A DNA stretch of 64,000 bases from Octopus sinensis. Its lineage: Eukaryota. Of this stretch, positions 12,836 to 24,647 are shown in pieces; positions within the stretch are counted from its first letter, which is position 1, and every line of letters begins with the position of its first letter. Both the position numbers and the translations under genes were made by a program. The stretch lies in NCBI RefSeq assembly GCF_006345805.1, contig NC_042998.1:59644001-59708000 (forward strand), in the 5' to 3' direction. The notes beneath the pieces are model-generated. The model did no database searches. It was not told the DNA's origin and saw only the letters and a program-made list of their open reading frames with translations.

Positions 12836-12965
12836 TTGCACAGTTTCCTTCTGGCAAAACTTTGGTCGGACCAGGACTATAGTAGAAGACACCCTATTTA
12901 CCATGGAGTGGGACTGAACCCAGAAGCATGTGGTTGTTAAGCAAACCTGTTACCAAACAGCCACA
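12836..12965 (+). mobile_element. Family B repeat, 3' fragment
   Basis: ctttggtcgg..caggactatagtagaagacac...gtgggactgaacccagaa.catgtggtt. Confidence 0.6.
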
Positions 12966-13509
12966 AATAGACAGATATATTGCCATAAGTTTGGTGATAC
13001 AAGCAGAAATAAAATTCTGTACTCAAAGGTGTGTGTATATTTTCTATAATATAATTGTAAAGCTACGTAAATTAAACAAGTGACTTGAGTTACGAGCAGC
13101 ATAAAAACCACAAAATTCTCGGTGCATGATGGATGCATTTAACTGCTTTTGCAATTCCTGCTGTCACTAGGAATATTTCAAGTCTCACATTCTGTTTTCC
13201 GGTCTCTACAGTATCAGTGGAAATGACTGTTAGCTTGGATGTTGTACATTGCTCATGTATGTATTCAGTTTCAACAATGACTGTTTTTAATCGAAAATTC
13301 AGAAGAAAAATGTTTTATTTCACTCCGTGGTTTGCAAAATTGTTCATGTGAACTCGTGTGTTGAAACTTATGTAACTGCATCATGCCCAGTGTGTATGTT
13401 TATTTTTGGCGTAATTACTCTCCTGAGGTGCCACAGAGACGTGTAGTATTTGGCTTCCAAAATCTATATAATATTCAAATTTTGTTACAATACTTCATAT
13501 TTCTCTTTA

Positions 13510-14060
13510 ATGCGAACAAATACAACCACATGCAGAAACACCTGCGTAGGTTTTGAGGAAAGCCACTTGAAATATTTAAGCATGTTGTTGTTGGCTGTTC
13601 AAAACTGGCCGAGAAGGAGTACACGTAATGCCATAACAAAGCACTACAGCTGGCAGAATGTAGAGGCTGAAGTGTACCGAATACACATAGTGACCATTGC
13701 CAGTCGCAGAAAATGGTCAAATGAAATTCACAGATTAGAGACTGCAGTATAATTGACAAGACATCACATTCCTACCTAAGAAGACCAAAGAATGGATCTT
13801 AATTCAAGCAACTGTACCTGCAGACCAAACTATTGAGAGGATAGGTAATGAGAACATTGAAAATTATCAAGACCTGGTGTTTGAAAGGTAACGTACTTAC
13901 AGAGCCTCAAGAGTACCTGTGATCGCGACTGATGCATTTGAAACCATCTATAAAAATATAAAATCTGGCATGAGATGCTGGAACTATAAGTCATCACTGG
14001 AAGAACACAGTTGGCTGTCAGGCTCAGAATAACGCTAGTGTTGATGAAAATGTTGCCTCA
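13510..14060 (+). pseudogene. R4/Dong-like LINE, restriction-like endonuclease region remnant
   Basis: Frameshifted HVVVGCSKLAEKEY..H zinc knuckle and LIQATVPADQTIERIGNENIENYQDL, matching RLE-domain motifs. Confidence 0.65.
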
Positions 14061-14204
14061 AGAAATGAACAGACACAAAACATAGATAACTCAGAACATA
14101 GAATAGTGGAGAGCATCGGGAAAATAATAACAGCGACGACGATAACGACGATAGCGACAACATCAACAACAAAAGCAACAATAACAACTACAACAGCAAC
14201 AATA

Positions 14205-14735
14205 ATAATAAATCACCTGCTTTGTTTGTATGACCTCAAGCTATATGCAAAAAATGATCCAACAGTGGGAGTATTCTGTAAACATATTCTAGAGCTGTTT
14301 GATGAAAATAGGTGCTCAGTAGGAATTATGAAGAAAAGCCACAAGGTAAACTCTGATGGTTTAAAATTAACACAAAACAACACCATTAAATCCTAGTGGA
14401 ATAATGAGGGATAAAAATACCTAGCAGTGTTGCAAGACAATATGATAGTGAAAGGAGAAATGAGAGAGACAATCACTAATGAGTATGTGAAGAGAATTAG
14501 GAAGATTCTCGACATAGAATTATATGCTGGAAACGTCATTAAGGCTATAAATACAGGGGTTATGCCCGGAATGAGATACTCCGCTCTCTTTCTGAAATGG
14601 ACAACGACCAAGCTACAGAACTTGAACTGAAGAACAGAAAGCTCCGCTCAATGCACAACGCATTCCATCCTAAATGTAATACCGATCGACTCTTTCTACT
14701 AAGAAAGGAGGTGGGTGGAGAATTACTAAACGCAG
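14205..14735 (+). pseudogene. R4/Dong-like LINE, RT and thumb remnant
   Basis: INHLLCLYDLKLYAKND (HLLYMDDLKL motif), EYVKRIRKILDIELYAGNVIKAINT, HNAFHPKCNTDRLFLLRKEVGG. Confidence 0.85.
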
Positions 14736-15585
14736 AAGATTATTATTATTTCCAGTCTCTCTTAACACCTTCCACGCTTTTGCTTCGCTATGTGTTTTCG
14801 TTGAGACTTCACTTTTAAAAGTGAAGTTGCATCGTAATGTTGTCCTGTGATGTTTGAGATTTCTTCCTAGATATCGTGAAGTGCTTGCAGCAGTTGCTGT
14901 CTTAAGTAGAAATACAATCCTATCTAATATTTTCTAAATTATATATCTTTTTATAATTTATCTCCCTGGGTTAGGTCCTGTGGCAAAGAAGCACTCACTA
15001 ATTTTTACAAATTCCCCCAAGTTACTATTCATTTTTGGGAATTGTATTATCTCAAAGAATTCAGCTCTGCTTGTGTTACAATTGAATTGAGATTACCTGT
15101 ACGACAAGCACTATGTGAGCGGTTTGTAATTCCTGATTTCTTACATGAATCTCTATTGCTGTTATTATCATTATTTCTATTATTAAACTGTATTAATAAT
15201 TTTCCATTAGTTTTTCCCTAAAGCGTATAGTTTTACTCGTGTTTCTTCCTTCAGTTATGTATTTTGTTTAAGCGTTGTTTTGTGTTTTTCTTTTCTATTG
15301 CTATATTTTCTCTTAATCATATTTGCCTCTGGTTGCCACCTCGAATGTAAAAATGCAGCTCGTATAAGCAAATAAGATAAAACCTGTAGAAACAAGCCTA
15401 CTTTTGTATACTTCCATGTACAAAGCTAGGCTTTCCTCAGAAATTATGATATTTAACAAGTACCGAAAAGGAAATTTTATCCAGGAATGTTCAGAATAAA
15501 GTCATGCCCTTGAGAAAGAAGGAAAAGATATCTCATTGCGAACAAACAACATCAACAACAACAACAACAATAATAATAATAATAA

Positions 15586-15792
15586 CCCTTTCTATTAAAG
15601 GCACAGGGCGTGAAATTTAGGGATGAGGTATAGTCGATTACATCGACACCAGTACTCAACCGGGACTTAATTTATCGATTCCGATGAAAGGTAAAGTCGA
15701 CCTCGGCAGAATTTGAACTCAGAACATAGCGTCGGGCGAGGTACCGCTAGGCATTCCGCCCAGCATGCCAACAATTTTACCAGCTCGTCGCT
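15586..15792 (-). mobile_element. SINE family A
   Basis: aaagtcgacctcggcagaatttgaactcagaac...cagctcgtcgc; followed by (AAT)n 15797-15863. Confidence 0.8.
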
Positions 15793-15795
15793 TTA

Positions 15796-15864
<69 letters not shown>

Positions 15865-15884
15865 GTTGGCTCCCCTGTATTCGA

Positions 15885-16400
15885 CTCTCTACTGATTGGA
15901 AGTGTTATGTACATAGTTTGTCTTGGTATAAATGATAGACTACAGCAAATATTCTGCTCAATACCACAGAGTAATTTGTCAGATGTTTGCACTTAACAAG
16001 TTGAGCATGTTCCCTGATGGCTGACAATATTTGCATCTCCGATCACGAGCAAATATAGTGGGGGGGGGCATCATAGCTATGTATTGAGAGAAATTCTTTG
16101 GGATTAGAATAATTAACATCTGGAAACATCCGTGCTTCGTTCATCATCCTTAAAAAAAACCCTTGTATCTGCTTGCATGGATTAGGTTACGCGACCTAAA
16201 GTAAATTCTGACTTGGCCCCATCTGCAAAGTCATGTGCTGTTTATTTTGATATGTGTTCACCATGTCACACACATATGCTTATGAAGCATGTGCTTGCTG
16301 TACACTTATCAGATAGGTAGCCATGATGGGTATACTGAACTTCGTATCTTTTACCCCAGTGTCACTTTGATGGCATGCACTAATTTCTCACTCAATAATA
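15885..16400. repeat. Interspersed repeat(s) ending in (AAT)n
   Basis: Retroposon-like tail ccagtgtcactttgatggcatgcac...ctcaataataataa; family assignment from recall only. Confidence 0.4.
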
Positions 16401-16530
16401 ATAATAAAACCCTGTTATGTGTATGTTTGTATGTTCATGTGTGTGTACGTGCTTTTGCGTGTGTGTGCGTGCATGTGCTTGTGTGTGTATGTGCATGTGT
16501 TTTTGTATGTGTGTGTGCGTCCACGTATCA

Positions 16531-16762
16531 GGTGGCGAGCTGGCTGAAACGTCAGCACGCCGGGCGAAATGCGCAGCCGTATTTCGTCTGCCGTTACGTT
16601 CTGAGTTCAAATTCCGCTGAGGTCGACTTTGCCTTTCATCCTTTCGGGGTCGATTAAATAAGTACCAGTTACGCACTGGGGTTGATATAATCGACTTAAT
16701 CCCTTTGTCTGTCCTTGTTTGTCTCCTCTATGTTTAGCCCCTTGTGGGTAGTAAAAAATAGG
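16531..16762 (+). mobile_element. SINE family A, near full length
   Basis: tRNA-like head ggtggcgagctggctgaaacgtcagcacg...gagttcaaattcc (B box) plus body shared with 7400-7734, 15586-15792, 51780-51970. Confidence 0.9.
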
Positions 16763-16764
16763 TA

Positions 16765-16805
<41 letters not shown>

Positions 16806-17378
16806 TCCAGCGGTCCAATGTAGAAAGTTAGTAAGCCTCTAGCAGTTATTCGACTCGTGCAGATCACAAAAGGACGACAATATATGATGAAGCAAGTTAA
16901 TTTATCTCGTTTCATACTGAAATTAAAAGGTGTTTCGACGGTCACAATACAACCCACAGTTTTGAAACGAAAGTCGCTAAATGTGCGAATAAAATTCTAA
17001 GTAAGGAACGGAACGACACGATTACCAAGTGAAAAATAAAAGGTTAAACAAAACCAAAATCAAATGACCAATGAAAGTCACGTAGCGGAAATAAAATCGG
17101 TCCTAGATACAAGGGAAAGAGAGTCGGGTAGGGTTAGCATAACAGTTTCTTTACCCCCAGGACATCAAACGGATAGTGAGAAATAAGGTGCTGATAGAGT
17201 AAAAAAATCTAGACAGCTAATTTAGATATATCTATTGAGACACACTGATAAGGGAGTAAAGGCCAACTAAGGGTAATAAACGGCAAAAGCTGTATTTCCG
17301 TGTAATATCCAAAGATAGAAATATATAAGTATATATGCATACATATACAAACATACATTATGTGTTTATATATATACG

Positions 17379-18401
17379 TTCAGGGTGGGGAAGAGAGGAC
17401 GGACGTTTCAAATGGCTATTACTCAGCCCCAGGGAGAGAGACATATGCCCAACAGGTACCATTGGGTCCGTGGTGTCTTAGCATCATTTTGTTTTCTTTT
17501 CAGTTTAAACCATGATACTGTGGGTGATAGAGAATCGCGTGGTTGCCTACGACTGTAACGTGAAGAATAACGGGTCTGTCACAGCAGTTTAGCGGGAGCG
17601 TCGACGCCACTTCAACATACACCGAAATCAGGCCGTTCCCACATGTCACACATTCTTACGTTGAGTGAATACACTTCGTACACGAGGTACACTAATAAAT
17701 AGGAGACTATGCGCAGCAGCTTATCTTCGCACGTCAGATGAAAGCAATTTTTGAGGCAAATCAAACCATAATTTTGTTAATGAGTGATGGAGCTCATTTT
17801 CATTTCAATAGCATGGTGAATCAACAGAACTATCGTTATTGGGCCGAAGAGTGACGGGCTATTGCGCAGTTGAAAAACTGCCATCATTGTTCTTTACTTT
17901 TTTCAAGACAATAATGCAAATGCTGTTACTGTGAAGATGATAAACAACTTCTTTGTGCTTGAATTACGACGAAAACGTATGCATATTCGACGTGTGTGGT
18001 TTCAGTAGGGTGGGGCTTCGTCCCACATAGTCAAAGCATTAATGGACGTTCGTCACCCTCTCTTCGATGACCGCTTCATTTACAGGTTTGCTGACATTCC
18101 TTGACCCCTCGGGCCCCTGATTTCTCCTTAAGGCACGTGTGTATGTACATAAGCCGCGTATATTGGATGATTTGAAGGAAGCTATTCACGTGAAGTCGCC
18201 CAAATCGTCAGGGCAACACCGGAGAGAGTGTAGGCCAACTTCCAAGAACGCCATCAGAAATGCATCAATGGAAACAGTCACCGTATAATGGAAATGTTAA
18301 TTCAATATGAACACATTGATGTCGATAAAATTTGTTTGCATCTAAAATTAATGATGCTGTGAATTTTTCGAAAACGTCCCTCTGCTCTATTCCACCCTGA
18401 A
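17379..18401 (+). mobile_element. Decayed Tc1/mariner (Tc3-like) transposon
   Basis: TIRs TTCAGGGTGG...CCACCCTGAA with TA on the right. Fragments KNNGSVTAV*RERRRHFNI, LMSDGAHFHFNSMVNQQNYRYW, VWFQ*GGASSH; internally deleted. Confidence 0.85.
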
Positions 18402-18646
18402 TATATACATATAGTGAAATTAATGAAACAAAGTGGATAAAAATAATTAATATTAATTCAGAACAGGGGAATATTGTTAAAAAAATATAAACATTAACTA
18501 ATATCGAACAGAAACGATGTGTGATAATATATGTATGTCGAACGAATACACTTTTTACACACACACATATTCTTTTATCATTTTATTTTTTTACTTGTTT
18601 CAGTCATTTGACTGTGGCGATATATATATATGTGTTTGTTTATATT

Positions 18647-18679
<33 letters not shown>

Positions 18680-18899
18680 GTGGGGGGAGGGAATGCCTCC
18701 GATACACACAACCCACGCCAACAACCGTCACCTTTATATGGCTTTACATCATTTAAAATGGACCAAACAGTTTTATATTCAATGTTATTACTAGTGAGAG
18801 AATGTGCAAATTCAGCTAGATGTGAACTATAAGCCTTATCGTTATGTCTGTATATCGATTTGTAATTATTCTAGCGAAGTCTAAATAAGGCTGAGGACG

Positions 18900-19560
18900 C
18901 ACCAATATAAACCTGGACTATATCAAGACTGTTGATACAATATTTATACAACAAGTTTTTTTAAGGCAATAGTTATGAACTTGACACAATTAAAGAATTT
19001 ATATAAAGCAATATTAGCTTAAATATTGGCAGGTATAATCGGTCCAGCTTGATTATCATTAAAAGTTTTATTAATAGAATTAGGTGCATCATTATATTGA
19101 TCATTTATATTAGGTGTGATACTGCAGGGATTTGTATTGCTAGGAATAGTGGTATTAGATGAGAAGTCAGTAGTTATAGGGTTATTACCTGTACAGCTTA
19201 ATTTACAACAGTTAAATTTTGCTATGCATTCAGTAATATTAGGCATATGAGAGTAAGGTAGTTTAACTGTGTGTCTATTGAAAATTTCATATGTGTTGGA
19301 CGTAGTGAAGTGTTAGTTTAAAGCTGAAGTGACTGTGTAATCTATCAGGTTTTTAAACACTATAGGTTTGCTTGTGTATGTAGGACACTATGATTGCTTG
19401 GGTATGTTGGAACATTTCTAGTTGGAATCATGAAAAGGATTATAAGAAGAGGAGTTTAGGACAAGATAAACATCTAAAAAATCGACTTTTGTCAGATTAT
19501 TAGCGATTGTGCTTTTAAGGCTTCACTGGTTAACGGTTGAGGTGAGTTGTTTCCTAAATT
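18900..19560 (-). pseudogene. Penelope-like element remnant (RT thumb onward)
   Basis: NLTKVDFLDVYLVL..YNPF, IFNRHTVKLPYSHMPNITECI. Confidence 0.7.
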
Positions 19561-19564
19561 TATT

Positions 19565-20480
19565 TAGGGTGTGACCATCACAGCCAAAGTAAATGCCCAC
19601 TCCATCGTCTCGGTATAGACCAACGGGAAACTTTCATACATACAAAAACAGTCTTGTCATCCACCCATACTGTTTAAAAACCTGATAGCCAACATTAGCA
19701 ACAGAATATCTAACCGCTGTTCCTTTAAAAAATTTTCAAAACGGCAACAATGTCCTAACTAACAATGGTTTTAACGATGAATCAATTTACTACCACTCTA
19801 ATAATAGTACAAATAACATGAATAGACCTAAAAATAAACCTTAGAGAATAATTAGGTTCGTCCTGCTCACACACACAAACACGCACAAACACTTTCTATA
19901 TGTCAAAAGCGAAATACGTAAAAGATTCCTGTGTCTTTTAGACAAGTGTTTCCCCGTAAATCACAAGTACAGAAAAATATTCAACGGACACTCATTCAAA
20001 TTATCGTATATATGCTGCCCCAATATAGGAGCATCATTACACGAAAACACCACCAATAGCCTACTCCCAGTTGAAACCGTCGAAACCCAGAGACCTGTCC
20101 ACTCAACAAGTAGTACATAATTGAATATGTCATATATGAAGCAGAAGTTTTAGCAAGGCTAGATGATAACATAACCGAAAAGAATAGCAACATCGGGTAT
20201 GTGAAGGCGACTTCAAATATCTCTATGCAAACCACATATCTTCCTTCTGACAGAAGGACAAAAGTAACTAGGTTGCCCAGCCACGTATGGGTTTTGAAGT
20301 CCAACGTCACACCGCATACAATCCTGTGGAACATGGTTGCAAAGTTTACACCATATCTCAACGGACCAATATATTGTAAGCTATGCTAGCTGAAAGATCA
20401 CAGATACTTTGCAGATCCAAGAACTCCACTGCACTGCTGAATTTCAGATGTGAAATTTTCAGTTGATGGCGAATTAGGAA
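19565..20480 (+). pseudogene. Penelope-like element remnant (thumb + GIY-YIG)
   Basis: SCHPPILFKNL, RFLCLLDKCFPVNHKYRKIFNGHSFKLSYICCPNI, CPLNK..VIYEAEV, HVWVLKS..W..CKLC. Confidence 0.8.
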
Positions 20481-20821
20481 ATACCAACCTCTCCGAATTG
20501 AGCAGACTATAAGACCCTATCCATTCAGCCTTATGACTTTACGGTCCAAGTGGACCAAACTCTAATTCTCCTTTGTTTCTTTTTGGTTTCCGGTGTTTTC
20601 AACCTTCACCATTTTACATCTACTTCCTTCTCGCCTTATATCGTATTTTTTATTGTTCTGTCTTGTTTAAGCTTCTTATGTGATGTGGATGAAGGCTGAG
20701 AATTGTGCTATAAAAATATATATGTGTGTGTGTGTGTATATATATATACATATATATATATATACATAAATATATATATATATATATATTATTATATATA
20801 TATATATATATATATAGATAT

Positions 20822-20869
<48 letters not shown>

Positions 20870-20873
20870 CATA

Positions 20874-21007
20874 AATGGACCACAAAAAGCTCTGATCTTT
20901 GTGGTTCTTAAAATGTGGTTTGAGGTCTCCGTCATATTTTCAGACATTCTGGCATACATTGAATTGAAAAGTGTGCACAGACACACAGGCTCGTAATGTT
21001 TTTACAG
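20874..21007 (+). repeat. 134 bp direct repeat, copy 1
   Basis: Matches 21831-21964 with one mismatch seen. Confidence 0.9.
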
Positions 21008-21027
21008 TATGGCGATAACTATATATA

Positions 21028-21110
<83 letters not shown>

Positions 21111-21456
21111 ATTATATATATATTTTATTTGAAATGTTATCCTTACCTGCAATATTTCAATTTAAAATTTCCTTGTTCTGTTCTTTACAAGATGTAATTA
21201 CATGACCTGAACTTTTCCAAGTGTAATAACTTGTCCTGTACTTTTACAAGGTTTATAATCTTATGAATATCATCTGTCTTGCTCGCATTTTTTCACCTAA
21301 TCCATATTTTTTTGCACGCTGTCATTGATAATTTTTTCCTACCTCAATGATACCGGTGACATATATTAAAATCCTCTTAGTGAACTATATCCATAAAAAA
21401 GTATAGAATTTTATATCACACTCTAATTTGAAAATCAAACACTCATAAAGTTTACC

Positions 21457-21657
21457 TTACTCAGAGTTTCACGTCCCCGTTCGTCGAACAGTTTTGTTAG
21501 AATTCTAATAAAACTGTCCGACGAACGGGAACGTGAAATTCTGAGTAACTGTTTTTGTGATATTTCTGCTGCTTTTAATAAAGAATATTACTCTACCTCT
21601 GGTATTTAAGTACTGTGTTTTCCACCTTGTCTCACATTTATGTACTTTCTCTGGTCC

Positions 21658-21660
<3 letters not shown>
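21457..21660 (+). repeat. 92 bp spacer-less palindrome (21457-21548) plus retroposon-like tail
   Basis: 46 bp arms with 4 transition mismatches; right arm contains CCGACGA-ACG-GGAA-CGT-GAAA. Confidence 0.8.
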
Positions 21661-21722
<62 letters not shown>

Positions 21723-21830
21723 TGGTTTGAGGACCTCCTGTACCTACACCTTAGGACTTTCATGGCCTCTGATGTGGCTTTTTAAACAAGACAATATTTT
21801 GAAAAGACACCCACATTGATTGCATATCCG

Positions 21831-21964
21831 AATGGACCACAAAGAGCTCTGATCTTTGTGGTTCTTAAAATGTGGTTTGAGGTCTCCGTCATATTTTCAG
21901 ACATTCTGGCATACATTGAATTGAAAAGTGTGCACAGACACACAGGCTCGTAATGTTTTTACAG
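21831..21964 (+). repeat. 134 bp direct repeat, copy 2
   Basis: See 20874-21007. Confidence 0.9.
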
Positions 21965-22649
21965 CAAATTATATATATATATTCGAATCATTAAATCTGT
22001 TCAAACTATATATTTTAAACTGTTGTTTTGAATACTTCTTTGCAGACTCAGATATATTTCATAGTCCAAAGCTGTATCAAAATAGTGTTGCCTTATGGCA
22101 TCTTCCTTTTGAAAATATCATGCATCTGTATAATGATTAGAATTCGAATATAATAACATGTGTTGTTAGAATTATTCCAATGGTTATATCAAAGGACAAT
22201 TTTGATGTGCTAAGATCTATTTAGAAAAATATGTGTGTCGCCAAGAAAGAAGAAAATCAATAACAAGAAATCATTTCAACAAATATGAAAAGTGCTATTC
22301 TATTTTCTGAATTATGGAATATTAAACAAACATAAAGAATTCATTCCAATGCTTTTATTAATAAAAAAATGTTGTGTTATGGTTTCTCACTTGTAACATA
22401 TTTCAAGTAAAAAATAATCCTAACATTAATGTCTGTGATAAGTTAGTAAACCTATTTGTGTCTTAAGCGACTCTCTGTCAAGCGGTTTAGTTTTAGTATT
22501 TGCAGATGTTATATACGCAGCCATGGCTGTGTGATTAAGCAAGCTCGCTTTGTAATCACTTTAAACAACCAACTTCATCTAGGTGTTGAGAAAAGGGGAG
22601 CAGCTGAACAAAAATTTGCTTTTGTGCATGGCTCAAACGATTATGCAGT

Positions 22650-23440
22650 GCTGACCTGGTTACATCAAGTACAGATTTGAAACCCCGACCACCACCACGC
22701 TAGCTCACAACCGTTAACAGATACAGTGATGGCCACCACTAACATCATCACAAACGTTGCACCAATATTTTTATTGAATGTCAAACTCCTGTTGGACATC
22801 AACACCACAACAAAAATCACTTTTCTGAGAGACTCTGCTGCATGCAATCACGTTTTAGACTTTGCAGTCGTTAGAACACATAATTAAAATAGCGGATGCA
22901 GAATGCCACATACCGAAGTATGATTGTATTACGAATGGACAGATGAGAAAGTTTCCACGGTGGAATCACAGTATACATCATTGAGGACCTCACAACTCAG
23001 GTTTTGCAGTCAAATTCAGATTCAGCTTGTGACGCTCAAATTGTATACATAACTCGTTATATGTACTATATATTTCCACGGGATGCGCCAGATTAATACG
23101 GACAAATTTGACGACTGTCTCACAAAAATCAATTCTAACCAAACTAGAACTTCACATCAGTATATTCCTTGATAGTGACTTCAGCTTCCTCAAAGTGGGA
23201 TGATCCGAGAGCCTCATTCTCTCAGGAATGACGCACCGTCAACAAACACAGGTGGTACCTCTGCTCAATGTTTTATTCATGGAACAAATTGTGTTTCAAC
23301 CAGCCAGGGCAAATAATGTACTGGATCTCCGCTTCACAAACAATACAAATATCATCCATAATGTGAAGATTCACCCGATGCCAGTCACGGATCACCCTCA
23401 TCTGACTAGCAATGTGGCTGATACCAAACACTCTTAAAAG
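22650..23440 (+). pseudogene. LINE APE endonuclease domain remnant
   Basis: FLLNVKLL..KITFL, ADAECHIP.Y, HGGITVYI, MEQIVFQPARANNVLDLRFTN..V..TDH. Confidence 0.8.
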
Positions 23441-23699
23441 ATTACAGGATCTCGGAAATGAATGGTACATAAACTAGCAGTCTCATTCTGATGACCAATC
23501 TTTTCCTCCATCTGTCTATCTACCTTGTGAGAGAAATCGGAGAGAGGGGGCCAGGCACGGGGTGGCTGAATAACATCAGCTCTAAAATATACCCTCGACA
23601 TCCTAAGTCGTGGGTTTGCGCGGAAGTAAACTTAGCAATGTTTATCTTATCAAAGATGTAATATTAGCCATAGGTGAGGCAGTAATCTTTCATCTTATG

Positions 23700-23975
23700 T
23701 TTTAGTAATTACACTACTGCTATGTCGGAGCATCTCCTTGAAGGGTTTAAAAAAATTGAAAAAAATTGAACTAATACTTGATAGTCTATCAATTTGTTAT
23801 TCAATGGGATTAATTTTGCCGAGCCTCTAAATTATGGGGGTCGTAAGAAGGCCAACACCGCCGGTCAAGCTGTGGTAGCGACAAAGTCAAAGGCGTCCAC
23901 TAAATTCATTCAAACAGTATTGGTCAGCATTACCTAAAATACCGCAGAGTGGGACTGAACTCGAAACCACTTGGC
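23700..23975 (+). mobile_element. Diverged family B repeat
   Basis: gctatgtcggagcatctccttgaagg, ttttgccgagcctctaaattatggggg, agtgggactgaactcgaaacc. Confidence 0.5.
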
Positions 23976-24267
23976 CTGGCCAAGAAATTTTGATTCAGTA
24001 ATAATTGCATACTTCAAAATAAGACAAGTCATTAAAAAAACTATTTTGAATCAAAGGAAGGAAAGATAGATGAGAATACAGCGGTATTTTACTAATTAAA
24101 ATTAATTACATGAAGCATTGAGGAGAGAGGCTGATCTTTAATAGTTTGATGACAACTCGAGACAACTTTTAGTCTCTTTGAACTTCAATAGAGAGGTTTG
24201 GTCTATTCCTTTGCATCCTTTTACTAAAAACATCATGCATCCTTAATCGGAATATATATAAAAGCGC

Positions 24268-24647
24268 GGAGGTCCAATGACCAATGGTTAGAGCAGCGGA
24301 CTCGCAGTCATAGGATCACGGTTTCAATTTCCAGACCGGGCGTTGTGGGTGCTTATTCAGCAAAAATGCCTAAAGATCCACGAATTTCCGGCAGGGGGTG
24401 GTGGGGAACTCTGCGGTATTCTTTCACCACAACTTTCTCTCACTCTTTCTTCCTGTTTCTGTTGTACTTGTATTTCATAGGGCCAGCCTTGTCACACTCT
24501 GTGTTACGTTCAATATTCCCGAGAACTACGTTAAGTGAACACGTGTCTGTGGAGTGCTCAGCCACTTGCACGTTGATTTCACAAGCAAGCTGTTCCGTTG
24601 ATCGGATCAAGTTGAACCCTCACCGTCCTAACCGACGGAGGCCCACG
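24268..24647 (+). mobile_element. tRNA-derived SINE (head as 29363, body as 29011)
   Basis: A/B-box head ggaggtccaatgaccaatggttagagcagcggactcg...gtttcaatttcc; 3' body ccagccttgtcacac...gacggag. Confidence 0.85.

Noticed and set aside
23600-23640. Promoter-like GCGCGGAAGT motif
   Set aside because: Single short motif with no linked exon; expected by chance.
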